Positions 53,045 to 64,000 of a stretch of 64,000 bases of DNA are shown piece by piece. The stretch lies in NCBI GenBank assembly GCA_963842525.1, contig CAWJGT010000034.1:1-64000 (forward strand), read 5' to 3'. Numbering within the stretch: the first letter of the stretch is position 1; every line of letters begins with the position of its first letter. The notes beneath the pieces were generated by a model. That model was not told the DNA's origin, made no database searches, and saw nothing but the letters and a program-made list of their open reading frames with translations. The stretch is from an uncultured Holophagales bacterium (GTDB lineage Bacteria > Acidobacteriota > Thermoanaerobaculia > Multivoradales > UBA5704). Made by a program: the position numbers and the translations under genes.

Positions 53045-53799
53045 GGCTCAACACCTCCTCGGAAAGCCGGTAGTACTCGTAGGCTCCCGTCGACCGCGGC
53101 GCGAAGGTGAAGATCGACTCCCGGTAGGCAGGGCTCTCCTCCAGGCGGACGCTCTTCGTGATCACCGTCTCGAAGACCTTGTTCCCGAAGACCTGTCTGG
53201 ATCTGCTCGTAGATGTCCTTGGCCAGCAGCGTCCGCTTGTCGTACATGGTGATCAGCGCGCCCAGGATCTGCAGCTGCGGGTTGGCCCGGACCTTGATCT
53301 TGTCGATCGTCTCCAGCAGGTCGTCCGTCCCTTCCAGGGCGAAGTAGCTGGCCTGGATGGGGATCAGCACGTGGCTGGCTGCCACCAGCGCGTTCACCGT
53401 GATGATCCCCAGGGTCGGCGGCGTGTCGATGATGATGTAGTCGTAGTCGTCCTGGACGCTGCTGCAGCTCGTCCTTCAGCCGGTAGTGGCTGTCGAGCTC
53501 GCCGATCAGCTTGGCCTCGATCTTGGCGAGGGCGATCGTGGACGGGGCGATGAAGAGGTTCGCGACCTTCTCCGCCGGCCGGATGATGTCGGACAGATGG
53601 AGGTCGTCCTCGCGTGAGGGCGTCGTACATCGAGAGCTGGAAGCTCGTGGATGTCGAGGAAGGACATCGAGCTGTTGGCCTGGGGATCGAGGTCGACGAT
53701 CAGGGTCCGGATGCCCTTGCTGGCCAGGGCCGCGGCGAGATTGATAGCGGTGGTGGTCTTGCCGACTCCACCCTTCTGGTTGGCGATCGCGATGATCAT
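53037..53799 (-). CDS. parA: ParA family ATPase (frameshifts)
   Basis: [33 protein letters not shown]. Confidence 0.92.
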
Positions 53800-53810
53800 G
53801 AGAGATCGGC

Positions 53811-53840
53811 AGTCTAAGGGATGCACTCCGGCGGGGTCAA
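53811..53840 (-). promoter_or_regulatory. Putative sigma70 promoter of parAB
   Basis: TTGACC-N18-TAGACT on the minus strand. Confidence 0.6.
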
Positions 53841-53862
53841 GGATGCCGCTCGCGGGCCGCGA

Positions 53863-53886
53863 CGAATGTCGGCGCGCCGACATTCG
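53863..53886. repeat. 24-bp perfect palindrome
   Basis: CGAATGTCGGCG|CGCCGACATTCG. Confidence 0.9.
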
Positions 53887-53932
53887 CCGCTAAGTCTCGG
53901 AAATTGCGCCACTTAGAGGGCAGAACCGCAGC

Positions 53933-54437
53933 TCACATCGTGTACTTGCCCAGCTCTTCCGGGCTGATCTCTTCGAGCCAGCTTCTTGAGCTTCTCCTCG
54001 TCGCTCACCTGGGTCGCCAGGTCGGCCGCCTGCGCCTTGTCGAGGACCGCGCGCAGGACGAAGATCGGAGCATCGGTGCGCAGGGCCAGGGCGATGGCGT
54101 CGCTCGGCCGGGCGTCGACGGTCGACCGGGTCGCTCCTGGTGTTGGACATGGATGCAGGGCGAAGAAGGTGCTCTCCCGCAGGTCGGAGATGACGATCTT
54201 CTCGACCGTGGCGCCGAGCTGCTCGACCACGGGCGCAGGAGGTCGTGGGTCATCGGGCGTGGCGGCTCCACCCCCTCGATCCGCAGGGCGATGGCGTTGG
54301 CTTCGAAGACGCCGATCCAGATCGGCAGGAACAACTGGCTCTCGGGTGTCGCGGAGGATGACGATCGGGACGTTGGAGGCAGGGTCGAGCATCAGGCCCT
54401 TGATTTCTACCTGGAGCTCGTCGTTGGGGTCGCTCAT
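53933..54437 (-). CDS. Bifunctional nuclease (DUF151) family protein (frameshifts)
   Basis: [32 protein letters not shown]. Confidence 0.9.
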
Positions 54438-54467
54438 GAAGCCTATTCTGAGCGCCGCCGGGACAGG

Positions 54468-55844
54468 TCAAGGCGATCTCGGAGACGAGCGCGTCCGGAG
54501 CGGATGAGGCTGATGCGCCGAGCAGGCTGTGAGCTGAGAGCCGCTGCACCTGGACCGGGTGACGCTGCCCAGCGGCGCCGGCTCGGGGCCGGCCTGGAAG
54601 TGGACGATCCGGTGGCAGGGGGTGCGGCCGGTCTGCAGTCCCCGGCTGCTTGCCCCCAGCCGGTCACCACGACGTCGAAGTCCTCCCCCACCAGGCTCCT
54701 CGTTGATCTCGCGCTGGATCCCCTCCTGGACGGCGAAGAGGCGCTGCAGGCGCTCGGAGGCGACTGCCGGAATCGACCTGCGCCGTCGAGCCGCGGCGCC
54801 GCGGTCCCCGGCCGCGGCGAGTACTTGAAGGCGAAGACGGCGCCGAAAGCGGACCTCGCGGACCAGGTCGAGCGTCTGCTGGAAGTCCTCTTCGGTCTCG
54901 CCCGGGAAGCCGACGATGATGTCGGTCGAGAGCGCCAGGCCCGGCCGCGCACGACGGAGCTGCGCCGACGAGGTCGAGGTACTCGGCGCGCGTGTAGCCG
55001 CGCCCCATGCGCCGCAGCACGCGGTCGGACCCCGACTGCACCGGCAGGTGGAGGTAGGGGCAGATGTTGGCGTGGCGTCCCCACCTGCTCCACCATGCGC
55101 GGCGTGAAGTCGCGCGGGTAGGAGGTGACGAAGCGCAGGCGCTGGAGACCCGGCAGCGGTCGCCACGGCTTCCAGCAGGTCGGCGAAGTCGAGGTCGCCT
55201 CCCGGCTCGCGCCAGTGGTTGACCGTCTGCCCGAGCAGCTCGATCTCCTGGAAGCCATAGTCGAGGAGGTGCCGGACCTCGCGCAGGACCTCTGCCAGGG
55301 GACGGCTCCGCTCCGGCCCGCGGGTCTGCGGCACGATGCAGAAGGTGCAGTTCTTGTCGCACCCCTCGATGATGGTCACCATCCCCTTGTATTCGCCCTG
55401 CCGGGAGATCGCGTCGATGTCGTACGTGCCGGTCCTCCGGAAAGCCGGTGGCCACGACCCGCTCGCCCGCCCGGCGCCGCGCGAGGACCTCCTGCAGCTC
55501 CCCGACCCGCGCGGGTCCGAGGACGAAGTCGAGGTCGGGCACCCGGCGCGAGAGCCTGCTCCCCTTCCTGCTGGGCCACGCAGCCGCAGAGGCCGATCAG
55601 GAGGTCCTCGTCGCGTCCGCTTGAGCAGGCGGTATTCGCCCAGGCGCGAGTAGACCTTCTGCTCGGCCTTCTCCCGCACGCTGCAGGAGTTGAGCAGGAT
55701 GATGTCCGCCTCTTCCGGCTCCCGGGTCGGCAGGATGCCCTGCTGCATGAGCTGGCCGGCCATGCGCTGGCTGTCCAGCTCGTTCATCTGGCAGCCCCAG
55801 GTCTCGATGAAGACCCGGCGCGGTTTTTTGGAAGGCGGGGTCAT
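54468..55844 (-). CDS. miaB: tRNA-2-methylthio-N6-dimethylallyladenosine synthase (frameshifts; 3' end approximate)
   Basis: [31 protein letters not shown] radical-SAM motif, [12 protein letters not shown]. Confidence 0.93.
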   Translation of the reverse strand: MTPPSKKPRRVFIETWGCQMNELDSQRMAGQLMQQGILPTREPEEADIILLNSCSVREKAEQKVYSRLGEYRLLKRTRRGPPDRPLRLRGPAGRGAGSRAGCPTSTSSSDPRGSGSCRRSSRGAGRASGSWPPAFRRTGTYDIDAISRQGEYKGMVTIIEGCDKNCTFCIVPQTRGPERSRPLAEVLREVRHLLDYGFQEIELLGQTVNHWREPGGDLDFADLLEAVATAAGSPAPALRHLLPARLHAAHGGAGGDATPTSAPTSTCRCSRGPTACCGAWGAATRAPSTSTSSAQLRRARPGLALSTDIIVGFPGETEEDFQQTLDLVREVRFRRRLRLQVLAAAGDRGAAARRRRSIPAVASERLQRLFAVQEGIQREINEEPGGGGLRRRGDRLGASSRGLQTGRTPCHRIVHFQAGPEPAPLGSVTRSRCSGSQLTACSAHQPHPLRTRSSPRSP

Positions 55845-55855
55845 TCATGTCGTCC

Positions 55856-56689
55856 TCACCTCATCGGGGGCGGCTCTGACGGGACGTAGACCGGAGGCTC
55901 GATGGGCTGGTGCTGGCGCCGGGCCCCATCTTCTTCCTCTCGGCCTTCGGGCTCCAGCTCCGCTCCTTCGCGGAGCCAGCCGGGCAGGGCTCCCGTCCCG
56001 GCGGCCTGTCTCCTCCAGAAGTCGGCGAGCTCCTTCTTCGCGGCTTCGACCTCGTCCCGCGCCTCGTCCAACCGGTCGAGCACCCGGTCCCATTCCGGCT
56101 TGACTCTGGTGTCCCGGACGTAGGGGTCGTCCTCGGCGTAGAAGCGGCGACGCAGCCCGGCGGCGCTCTGCCTCCAGCTTCTTGACCTCTTCGGCCGTAC
56201 GCTGCCAGCGCGCGCGGATCTCCCGGCTGCGGCTGCGCCAGTATTGCTCGTCGTGGACCGGCTCGGCCTCGTCCGGTATCGCCGGCGTCGCCGGCGCGGC
56301 CGCCTGCGGCTTCTTTCTTCGGGTCGGCGACGGTGATCTGCCCCTTGGCGTATCTTCGCGAGGGTCTTGTCCGTGATGACGGCCACGGGATGGCCCGAGC
56401 GGGCCCGGCGCTCCGTCTCGGCGCGGCCGGCCTCGGCGAGGCTCACCGGAGCCTTCTCGCCACCCGGATCGACGACGACCTCGACGCCCTCCGGTTTTTC
56501 GTTGGGTGCGGCGGCCTCGGGCGCGGGGGTGGGCGCCGGCTCAGCTTCCGGCGTGGTGTCCGGCTGGGCGGCGGGCGGCGGGGGCTCCTGGGCCTTCGCC
56601 TTGGGGGCCGGCGGCGCGCCGGCGCAGCCCGCGGCGGCCAACAGGGCCCAGAGCAGAGCGCCGCATGCCAGGGGCCTAGGCCCGGCCAT
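55856..56689 (-). CDS. Hypothetical lipoprotein (frameshifts)
   Basis: LLAAAGC lipobox, Pro/Ala linker, coiled coil, GALPGWLR end motif. Confidence 0.6.
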   Translation of the reverse strand: MAGPRPLACGALLWALLAAAGCAGAPPAPKAKAQEPPPPAAQPDTTPEAEPAPTPAPEAAAPNEKPEGVEVVVDPGGEKAPVSLAEAGRAETERRARSGHPVAVITDKTLAKIRQGADHRRRPEERSRRRPRRRRRRYRTRPSRSTTSNTGAAAAGRSARAGSVRPKRSRSWRQSAAGLRRRFYAEDDPYVRDTRVKPEWDRVLDRLDEARDEVEAAKKELADFWRRQAAGTGALPGWLREGAELEPEGREEEDGARRQHQPIEPPVYVPSEPPPMR

Positions 56690-57031
56690 AGCGATCTTCC
56701 AGCCGGACCACGTCGTGCGAGCTCCGGGGTGGAGACCTCGATGATGTCGCAGCCGTTCTCTCCCGCGACCATCCGATGCTTCGTGTACGGCATGATGCGG
56801 TACGAATCGCCGCCGCGCAGGACCCGTGGTGACCATGTCTCCGTCCTCCTCCACCACCAGCTCGACCTCTCCTTCGGAGAGGTAGAGGGTCTCGTCCTTG
56901 ATCTCGTGGTACTGCAGCGAGAGGGCCTGGCCGGCGTTGACGTGCAGGATCTTCCCCACGTAGCGGTCGGTATGGGCGAAGATCAGCTCGTAGCCCCAGG
57001 GCTTCTCGACTCGGCGAATCGGAGACTGCAT
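56676..57031 (-). CDS. Cupin (mannose-6-phosphate isomerase type II C-terminal-like) protein (frameshifts)
   Basis: VEKPWGYE, LSLQYHEIKDET, EVSTPE, DVVRLEDRYGR. Confidence 0.85.
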
Positions 57032-57057
57032 CGGCACTCCTTCCTTCAACCTTATTC

Positions 57058-58837
57058 TCAAGGACGACGGCTCGCGCACCGCAGCAGTCGAAGAAGCTGT
57101 CCAGGTGCTGCTGGACTTCCGCGGCGGTGGAGAGCTCGAGGCAACGGTTCGGCCAGCTCGGCGAGCTCGGCCGCGGACTGCTCGCGGATCCAGCGTCTTG
57201 ACCTCGGGGATCTGGCGCGGGCTCATCGAGAGCCGCCGCAGGCCCAGGCCCACCAGCAGCAAGGCGTAGCGCGGATCCGCGGCCATCTCGCCGCAGAGGC
57301 TGACCTCGATGCCCTGCCGCCTGGGCGCTGTCGATGACGAAGCGTAGCATGCGCAGAATCGCGGGATGAAGGGGCTGGTAGAGGTCGCCACGTGCTCGTT
57401 GTTGCGGTCGACGGCCATGCGAGTACTGGATCAGGTCGTTGGTGCCGATCGAGAAGAAGTCGACCTCGCGGGCCAGCACGTCGGAGATCATCGCCGCCGC
57501 CGGCACCTCGATCATGACCCCCAGCCGCACGTCGCGGCGGAACGGCACGCCCCTCCCGCTCCAGCTCCCCCATCGACCTCGTCCGCGAAGGCGCGGAACT
57601 GCCGCACCTCCTCGAGCGTGCTCACCAGCGGCAGCATGACCCAGAGGTCGCCGTAGAGGCCGGCGCGGTAGAGCGCCCGGATCTGGGTGCGGAAGACCTC
57701 GGGCCGCGCCAGGGTCAGGCGGATGCCGCGCAGCCCCAGGACCGGGTTCTCCTCCTCGCGTCGCCATCATCTCGCGCGCCAGCTTGCGGCCGCCCAGGTC
57801 GTAGGTGCGGATGATCGCCGGGTGGGGCGCCGCCGCCTCGATGAGCCGGCGGTAGATCTCGAGGTGCTCCTCCTCGGTGGGCAGGCTCGGGCTCTTCTCG
57901 ATGTAGAGGAACTCGCTGCGGTAGAGGCCGACCCCGGCGGCGCCGAAGCACGGCGACCTCGTCGATCTCCTCGGGAAGGTCGATGTTGGCCATCAGCTTG
58001 ATCTCGACGCCGTCGCGGGTCACCGGCCGCGAGCTCGCGCGTGGCCAGCAGGTCGCGGTCGCGCCGCTCGAGTCGGCCTTGCGGGCGCGGTACGGCTCCA
58101 GGACCTCGGCGTCGGGGTGGACGATGACCGTCCCGGTCTCGCCGTCCACGATGATCGGGGCTTCGTCGTCGCACCAGCTCGGTGACGCCCGATCAGGCCG
58201 GCCACGGCCGGGATGTTGAGCGAGCGGGCGATGATCGTGGTGTGCGAGGTGCGGCCGCCCGATCTCGATGGCGAAGCCGATCACCTTCTCGCCGGCCGAG
58301 GCGGATGGCGTCCGACGGGGTCAGGTCGTCGGCCACGATGACGACGTCGTCGCGGCATCTCGGAGAGCTCGTGGTGCGGCAGATCCCCTGGAGGCTGCGC
58401 AGCAGATGGCGGCTGACGTCGGTCAGGTCCTCGCTGCGCTCGCGCAGGTAGGCGTCGTCCATGTGGGCGAAGCGGTCGTCGAGCTCCTCGGCCGTCTTGT
58501 GGACCGCCCACTCGGCATTGACCTGCTGGGTGCGGATGCGCTCCTCGACCCGGCCCAGGAACTTGGCGGTCGGAGAGCAGCAGCACGTGGGCGTCGAAGA
58601 TCGCGGCCAGGTCGTCGCCCAGGTCCTCCCCGCCTGGCGCGGGTGCGCTGCAGCTCGACGCGCGGCATGCCGGCCGCCTTCGTGCAGGCGGGCGACCTCC
58701 GCTTCGACCTGGTCTTCGGGGAGGTGGAGCCGGAAGATGTCGGGACCGCGGGTCTCGATGCACGACCGCGCGGCCGATGGCGATGCCGCTCGGAGACCCC
58801 CAAGCCCTGCAACGACCTGCATTTCGGCTCCAGGCAT
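57058..58837 (-). CDS. ptsI: PTS enzyme I (frameshifts; 3' end approximate)
   Basis: TSHTTI.ARS, G.GLYRSEF, IRTYDLG, NPVLGLRGIR, MIEVP, IGTNDLIQY, CGEMA. Confidence 0.93.
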
Positions 58838-59108
58838 CAGCTCTCCTCGTCGAAGCGGTTGGCGATCAGCGTCGCGTGACGGCCCGCAGGCCTCTTCCTC
58901 GTCCTGCCCGTCGCAGCGGATGACGACCTGGCTCCCCTGGGCCGCAGCCAGGAGGAGGATGCCGAGGATGCTCTTGGCGTCGACCTCTTCTCCGTCCTTG
59001 ACCACCGTGACCCGGCTTTGGAAGCCGCCGGCGGTGTGCACGAGCTTCGCCGCCGCCCGCGCATGCAGACCGAGCCGGTTGACGATCGTCCGCCTCCCGC
59101 TCGATCAT
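58837..59108 (-). CDS. ptsH: HPr phosphocarrier (frameshifts)
   Basis: NRLGLHARAAAKLV, VDAKSILG. Confidence 0.9.
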
Positions 59109-59551
59109 CGGCTCTTGGGCTACCGGTCGCAGGACCGCGCACTTCGGCGGGCTGACCATGTCGCCGCGCCAGGCAGAGGCTCCGCTGCCCCTTGCCCTGG
59201 AGCCAGCGCGCCAGCTCTTCGACGATCGCTGCGGCTCCTCGGCCTGGCAGGCCAGGCGCAGCACCATGGGCAGGTTGACCCCGGTCAGGACCTCGACCTT
59301 CCCCGGCTGAAGGAAGGTCATCGGCCATGTTCAGGGGGTGCCGCCGTACATGTCGGTGAGGATGAGCACGCCCTGCCCTTCGTCGAGCCGCTCGATGGCG
59401 GCACGGCACCTTGGCCCGGGCTTCGTCGAAGCTGTCGCTCCAGTCGAGGGCCAGATGCCTCGAAGCCGGCCAGGCGGCCGGAGATGATCTGCGCGGCCGC
59501 CAGCAGCTCGCGCGCAAGGCCGCCGTGGGTCAGAATGAGTTTGCCGATCAT
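59105..59551 (-). CDS. PTS mannose/fructose-type IIA component (frameshifts)
   Basis: [22 protein letters not shown]. Confidence 0.88.
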
Positions 59552-59599
59552 GGGGGTATGGTAAACGACGAAAAGGACGAAGGGACGTCCTTTCAGGCG

Positions 59600-60470
59600 C
59601 TACCGGGCAATATCCCGGTGGATCACCCGAGCCGGCCAGCCCCTGCTCTTCCAGCCGGGCCTTGAGCCGCTCGGCGACGGCCACCGAGCGGTGCCGGCCT
59701 CCGGTGCAGCCGATCGCCACCGACAGGTAGCTCCGGTTCTCGCGGCGGTAACGCGGCAGCAGATAGAGCAGCAGGTCGGTGATCCGCTCCACCAGCTCGC
59801 CGAAGTCCGGCTGCCGCTCGAGGTAGTCGAGCACCGCGGCGTCCTGCCCCGTCTGCTCGCGCAAGCCCGGGGACGAAGTGCGGGTTCGGAAGGAAACGCA
59901 CGTCGAACAGTAGGTCGGTGCCGTAGGGGATGCCGTGCTTGAAGCCGAAGCTGACCAGGGAGACGACCATCCCCGGCTCTTCGCCCGGGGTGGTCGGCGA
60001 ACTCCCGGTAGACCTGGGTGCGGATCTCGTGGATCGACCACTCGCTGGTGTCGAGCACCATGTCGGCCCGGCCGCGCAGGTCGGCCAGGATCTCGCGCTC
60101 GCGCCGGATCCCCTCGATCACCGGCAGGTCGGGCGCCAGGGGATGGGGGCGCCGGGTCTCGGAGAACCGCCGCACCAGCACCTCGTCCGAGGCCTCGAGG
60201 AAGAGGAGCGTCAGCTCTTCGATCCGCTCGCGGTCGATCTCGGCGATCAGCCGCGGCAACTCCTCGGCGAACCCCGGCGCGCGCACGTCGGTCACCACGG
60301 CGATCCGGTCGTTGCCCGCGCACCAGCTCGAACGGGTTGTCGAGGAACTGGCGCAGCAGCGGCAGCGGGAGGTTGTCGACCGTGTAGTAGCCGAGGTCCT
60401 CGAAGCACTTGGCGACCACGCTCTTGCCGGAGCCCGAGAGGCCCGTGATGAGGACCAGCCTGGTGGTCAT
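59600..60470 (-). CDS. rapZ: RNase adapter RapZ (frameshifts)
   Basis: [43 protein letters not shown]. Confidence 0.94.
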
Positions 60471-61457
60471 GTCTCCGCCGGCTCCTTGGGCGGTGTTCCG
60501 GTTTCGCTCAAGCTGCGCCTCGAGCTTGCGGGCGAACTCCCGGGCGGAATGGTGCCCCTGGAGCTTCAGGACGTGATTGCGGGCGGCGATCTCGACCAGG
60601 ATGCTCGACGTTGCGCCCGAGGGCGACGGGCATCCGGATGTAGGGGCACGGGGTCTCCAGGATGTTGAAGATCGTCTCGTCGAGGCCCAGGCGGTCGTAC
60701 GGCGGCCGCTCTGCCAGTGCTCCAGCTCGATGACGAGGTCGATCGTTCGTCCGCTCGCGCACCGAGGCCAGGCCGAAGAGGTCCTGGACGTTGATGATGC
60801 CGATGCCGCGCAGCTCCATGTGGTGGCGCAGCGGCCCCTCGCTGAAGCCGACCAGCTCGCCGTTCGGGTAGCGCTTGACCGTGACCCGGTCGTCCGCCAC
60901 CAGGCTGTGGCCGCGGGTGATCAGGTCGAGCGCCGACTCGCTCTTCCCCACTCCGCTCTCGCCGATCAGGAGCACGCCGAGGCCGTAGATCTCGAGCAGC
61001 ACGCCGTGCAGCGAGGTCGACGGGACCAGGTGGTCCTCCAGGAAGTAGCTGATCCCCTTGATGACGGTCGACGACAGGCTCGGACGAGGAGAGGACCGGC
61101 ACCTCCCGGCTCTGGCACAGCGTGAGGAACCCCGGCAGCGGAGCGATCCCCTTGGTGATGACGAACACCGGCACGGGCAGGCCGGTGATCGTCTCCAGCC
61201 GCTCGCTGGCGCTCCTCCTCCTCCAGGGTCTTCAGGTACTCGGTCTCGCTCTCGCCGATGATCTGGACGCGGCCCGGCTTGATGTAGGCGTAGTAGCCGG
61301 CGAAGGCGAGGCCGGGCTTCTGCACCCGCGGATGGGTGATGCAGTTGTCGAGGTGCGACTCGCCGGAGAGGACCCGCAGGTGCAGGTAGCCAAGCTCCTC
61401 GCTCAACAGCTCGGCCACCCGCACGCAAGGGCCCGTGTCCGGTTCCATGCTCGTCAT
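60467..61457 (-). CDS. hprK: HPr kinase/phosphorylase (frameshifts)
   Basis: [42 protein letters not shown]. Confidence 0.94.
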
Positions 61458-61912
61458 CCCCCTTCCTTCTGCAGGAAGTCGTAGATCGCCTGCGGGTCGC
61501 GCAGCTCGCGGAGGACGCTCGGCATGCCGGTCGGCCTTGATCCAGCGCGAGATGCGCGGCGAGGATCTGCAGGTGCTCGGCCGGCGACTCGCTCGGGGAG
61601 ACGACCAGGAAGAAGAGATCCGACCGGCAGGCCGTCGGCCGCGCCGAAGCTCACCCCCTCCCGGGTGAGCCCGACCGCCACGACACCCCGGGCCAGCCCC
61701 TTGAGCTTGCAGTGCGGGATGGCGATGCCGCCGCCGATCCCGGTCGAGCCGAGCTGCTCGCGCTCCCAGAGCTTGTTGAACAGGTCCTCGGCAGTCGGCG
61801 CCAGCCCGCTCCCGGCGATCCGTTCGGCAAGCGCGCGCAACGCCCCCTGCCGGTCCGTGGCCGGCAGGTCCGTGAAGATCAGGTCCGGCCGAGTCAACGA
61901 AGCGAGACGCAC
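61454..61912 (-). CDS. ptsN: PTS IIA-Ntr (frameshifts)
   Basis: REQLGSTGIGGGIAIPH, F.A.DG.PV. Confidence 0.9.
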   Translation of the reverse strand: MRLASLTRPDLIFTDLPATDRQGALRALAERIAGSGLAPTAEDLFNKLWEREQLGSTGIGGGIAIPHCKLKGLARGVVAVGLTREGVSFGAADGLPVGSLLPGRLPERVAGRAPADPRRASRAGSRPTGMPSVLRELRDPQAIYDFLQKEGG

Positions 61913-61938
61913 AGCCGGGCTTCCCCTCCCTGCCGACC

Positions 61939-63394
61939 TCAGAAGATCTGCTTGCGGTCCGTCGAAGAGGGGATGCTCAGCTCGTCGCGGTACTTGGCCA
62001 CCGTGCGGCGGGCGATCTGGATCCCCTCGCGGTTCAGGATCCGCATCAGCTCGCTGTCGGACAGCGGGCGTTTCGGGTCTTCGGCCTGGATGAGCTGCTC
62101 GATCTTCCGCTTCACCGTCAGCGAGGAGATGTTGTCGCCGTACTCCCGGTCGATGCCGCTGTGGAAGAAGAACTTCATCGGGAAGAGGCCGCGGTGGGTG
62201 TGCATGTACTTGTTGGACACCACGCGGCTGACCGTCGACTCGTGCATGCCGATGTCCTCGGCGACGTCGCGCAGCACCATGGGCCGCAGGTGCTCGATCC
62301 CCTTGTCGAGGAACTCCCGCTGCTGGCGGACGATCGAGGCCGCGACCTTGTAGATGGTGCGCTGGCGCTGGTCGAGGCTCTTGATCAGCCAGACCGCCGA
62401 GCGGATCTTGTCCTTGATGAATTGCTGCGCCTCGGACTGCCGCCCTTCGCTGCGCATGCTCTGCAGCATGCGGCGGTAGGCGCGGCTGACCCGCAGCCGC
62501 GGCAGGCCGTCGTCGTTGAGCTGGATGACGTACTCGTCGCCGACGCGGCGGACGAACACGTCGGGCTCGATGTAGTGCGGCCGGTCGGTGCTGAACTTGC
62601 GGCCGGGTTGGGTCTCGAGGCTCTTGATCAGCTCGAGCGCCTCTTCGAGCTCGGCGAGCTCGACGCCCAGCTTCTTGGCCACCGCCGGGAACTGCCGCCG
62701 CAGGAAGAGGTCCCAGGCCTCGAAGATCATGCGGCGGGCCAGGGCGTCCGGGCGCAACGTCGAGCTGGTCCATCTGCCGCAGCAGGCTCTCCTGCAGGTT
62801 GCAGCAGGCGATGCCCGGCGGGTCGAAGCTGCGCACGAGGGCGAGGGCGTCCTCGACCTCCTCCAGGGTGTACTGCCGCTCCTCGGCCTCGCCCATGGTC
62901 GAGGATCTCTTCGGGCGTCGCCACCAGGAAGCCGTCGGGGTTCAGGTTGCCGATGATCAGCTCGGCGATCTCGCGCTGGCGAGCTTCGATGTCCGCCATG
63001 TGGAGCTGCCAGAGGAGGTGGTCGTAGAGGTCGGGCTCGCGGGTGAGGCTGTTCTCGATCGGCGGCTCGTCCCGCTCCTCCATCATCGAGGAGTGGCCGG
63101 AGCCCTCCCAGTAGTCGCCGAAGTAGGCGTCGAGGTCGATGTTCTCCATCGACTCCGTGTGATCGAGCTCCTCGCCGTTGGTCGGCTTCGGGACGCTCTT
63201 CCTCCGCGCGGCGGCACCTCGTCCTCGATGACCTCGCTGCTCTCTTCGAGCACCGGGTTCTCCACCAGCTCCTGGGTGAGGAGCGTATCGAGCTCCATGC
63301 GGGTCATCTGCAGAAGCTTGATCGCCTGCTGGAGAGAAGGCGTCATCACCAGCTTCTGGGCCAGCCTCAGGGAAAGTTTCTGCTCTAACGCCAT
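61939..63394 (-). CDS. rpoN: RNA polymerase sigma-54 factor (frameshifts)
   Basis: MTPSLQQAIKLLQ, HESTVSR, ARRTVAKYR RpoN box. Confidence 0.97.
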
Positions 63395-63406
63395 TCGGAA
63401 CCCGCT

Positions 63407-64000
63407 CTACAGACTGAAGTCTTCGCCGAGGTAGATTTTTCGTACCTGGGGGTCCGTCGAAAGCTCCAGAGGTGTGCCGGAGCGCAAGATCTCGCCGTTG
63501 TTGATGATATAGGCCCGGTCGGTTATTTTCAATGTTTCCCGCACGTTATGGTCGGTGATGAGGATGCCGATCCCCATCGACTTCAGATGCCGGACGATGC
63601 CCTGGATGTCCAGGACCGCGATCGGGTCGATCCCCGCGAACGGCTCGTCCAGGAGGATATACCACGGGTTGATCACCAGCGCACGGGCGATCTCGACCCG
63701 GCGCCTCTCGCCGCCCGACAGGGTCTCCCCCCGGCTCTTCCGTACTTTCGACAGACCGAAGTCCGAGATGAGCTGCTCGATGCGCCGCTCCTGCTCGGCG
63801 TGCGCCAGGTCCAGGGTCTCGAAGATCGCCCGCAGGTTGTCCTCCACGGACATGCGGCGGAAGACCGACGGCTCCTGCGGCAGGTAGCTGATCCCGCGCT
63901 GCGCCCGCAGGTACATGGGCAGCTCGGTGATGTCCTCCTCGCCCAGGGAGACGCTGCCGGAATCCGGGGTGGTCAGGCCGACCACCATGTAGAAGGTGGT
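63407..64000 (-). CDS. lptB: LPS export ABC ATPase (5' end beyond the window)
   Basis: [43 protein letters not shown]. Confidence 0.96.
   Translation of the reverse strand, partial: TTFYMVVGLTTPDSGSVSLGEEDITELPMYLRAQRGISYLPQEPSVFRRMSVEDNLRAIFETLDLAHAEQERRIEQLISDFGLSKVRKSRGETLSGGERRRVEIARALVINPWYILLDEPFAGIDPIAVLDIQGIVRHLKSMGIGILITDHNVRETLKITDRAYIINNGEILRSGTPLELSTDPQVRKIYLGEDFSL

Noticed and set aside
49156-63394. Mass pseudogenisation or programmed frameshifting of lptFG, parAB, miaB, PTS genes and rpoN
   Set aside because: Dense single-base indels across essential genes with otherwise intact motifs point to long-read consensus error

Overview
High-GC (roughly 68-70% by eye) bacterial chromosomal segment from a diderm. 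Gene content (fused LptF/LptG, FHA-sigma54 activator, many ECF/TPR modules) suggests Acidobacteriota, possibly Thermoanaerobaculia-like; this is inference only. Many single-base frameshifts, densest at 7.5-9.3 kb, 38-40 kb and 49-63 kb and also hitting essential genes, are most likely long-read consensus errors. The backbone is housekeeping: rpiB, TrmH-family methylase, metK, pilT, clpB/dnaJ, dnaB with a 429-aa LAGLIDADG intein, alr, mlaEFD, ndh, lptFG, queD, parAB, miaB and the lptB-rpoN-ptsN-hprK-rapZ-IIA-HPr-ptsI cluster. The most interesting accessory loci are: (1) a duplicated ECF sigma / zinc-anti-sigma-TPR module flanking a 70-aa secreted peptide ending IDDNG, a candidate peptide-signalling system (43.5-47.9 kb); (2) a membrane protein-Ig-Ig-class II terpene cyclase-like (DTDDTA) fusion coupled to a UbiA prenyltransferase (21.4-25.3 kb); (3) a Ser/Thr kinase, FHA-bEBP, sigma54 promoter and tandem ECF cascade (14.8-20.9 kb); (4) a signal-peptide EndoU nuclease with a YacL-like partner; (5) a toxin-antitoxin islet around a decayed TIR-NB-ARC-TPR gene. 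No rRNA, tRNA, CRISPR array or transposase was recognised.
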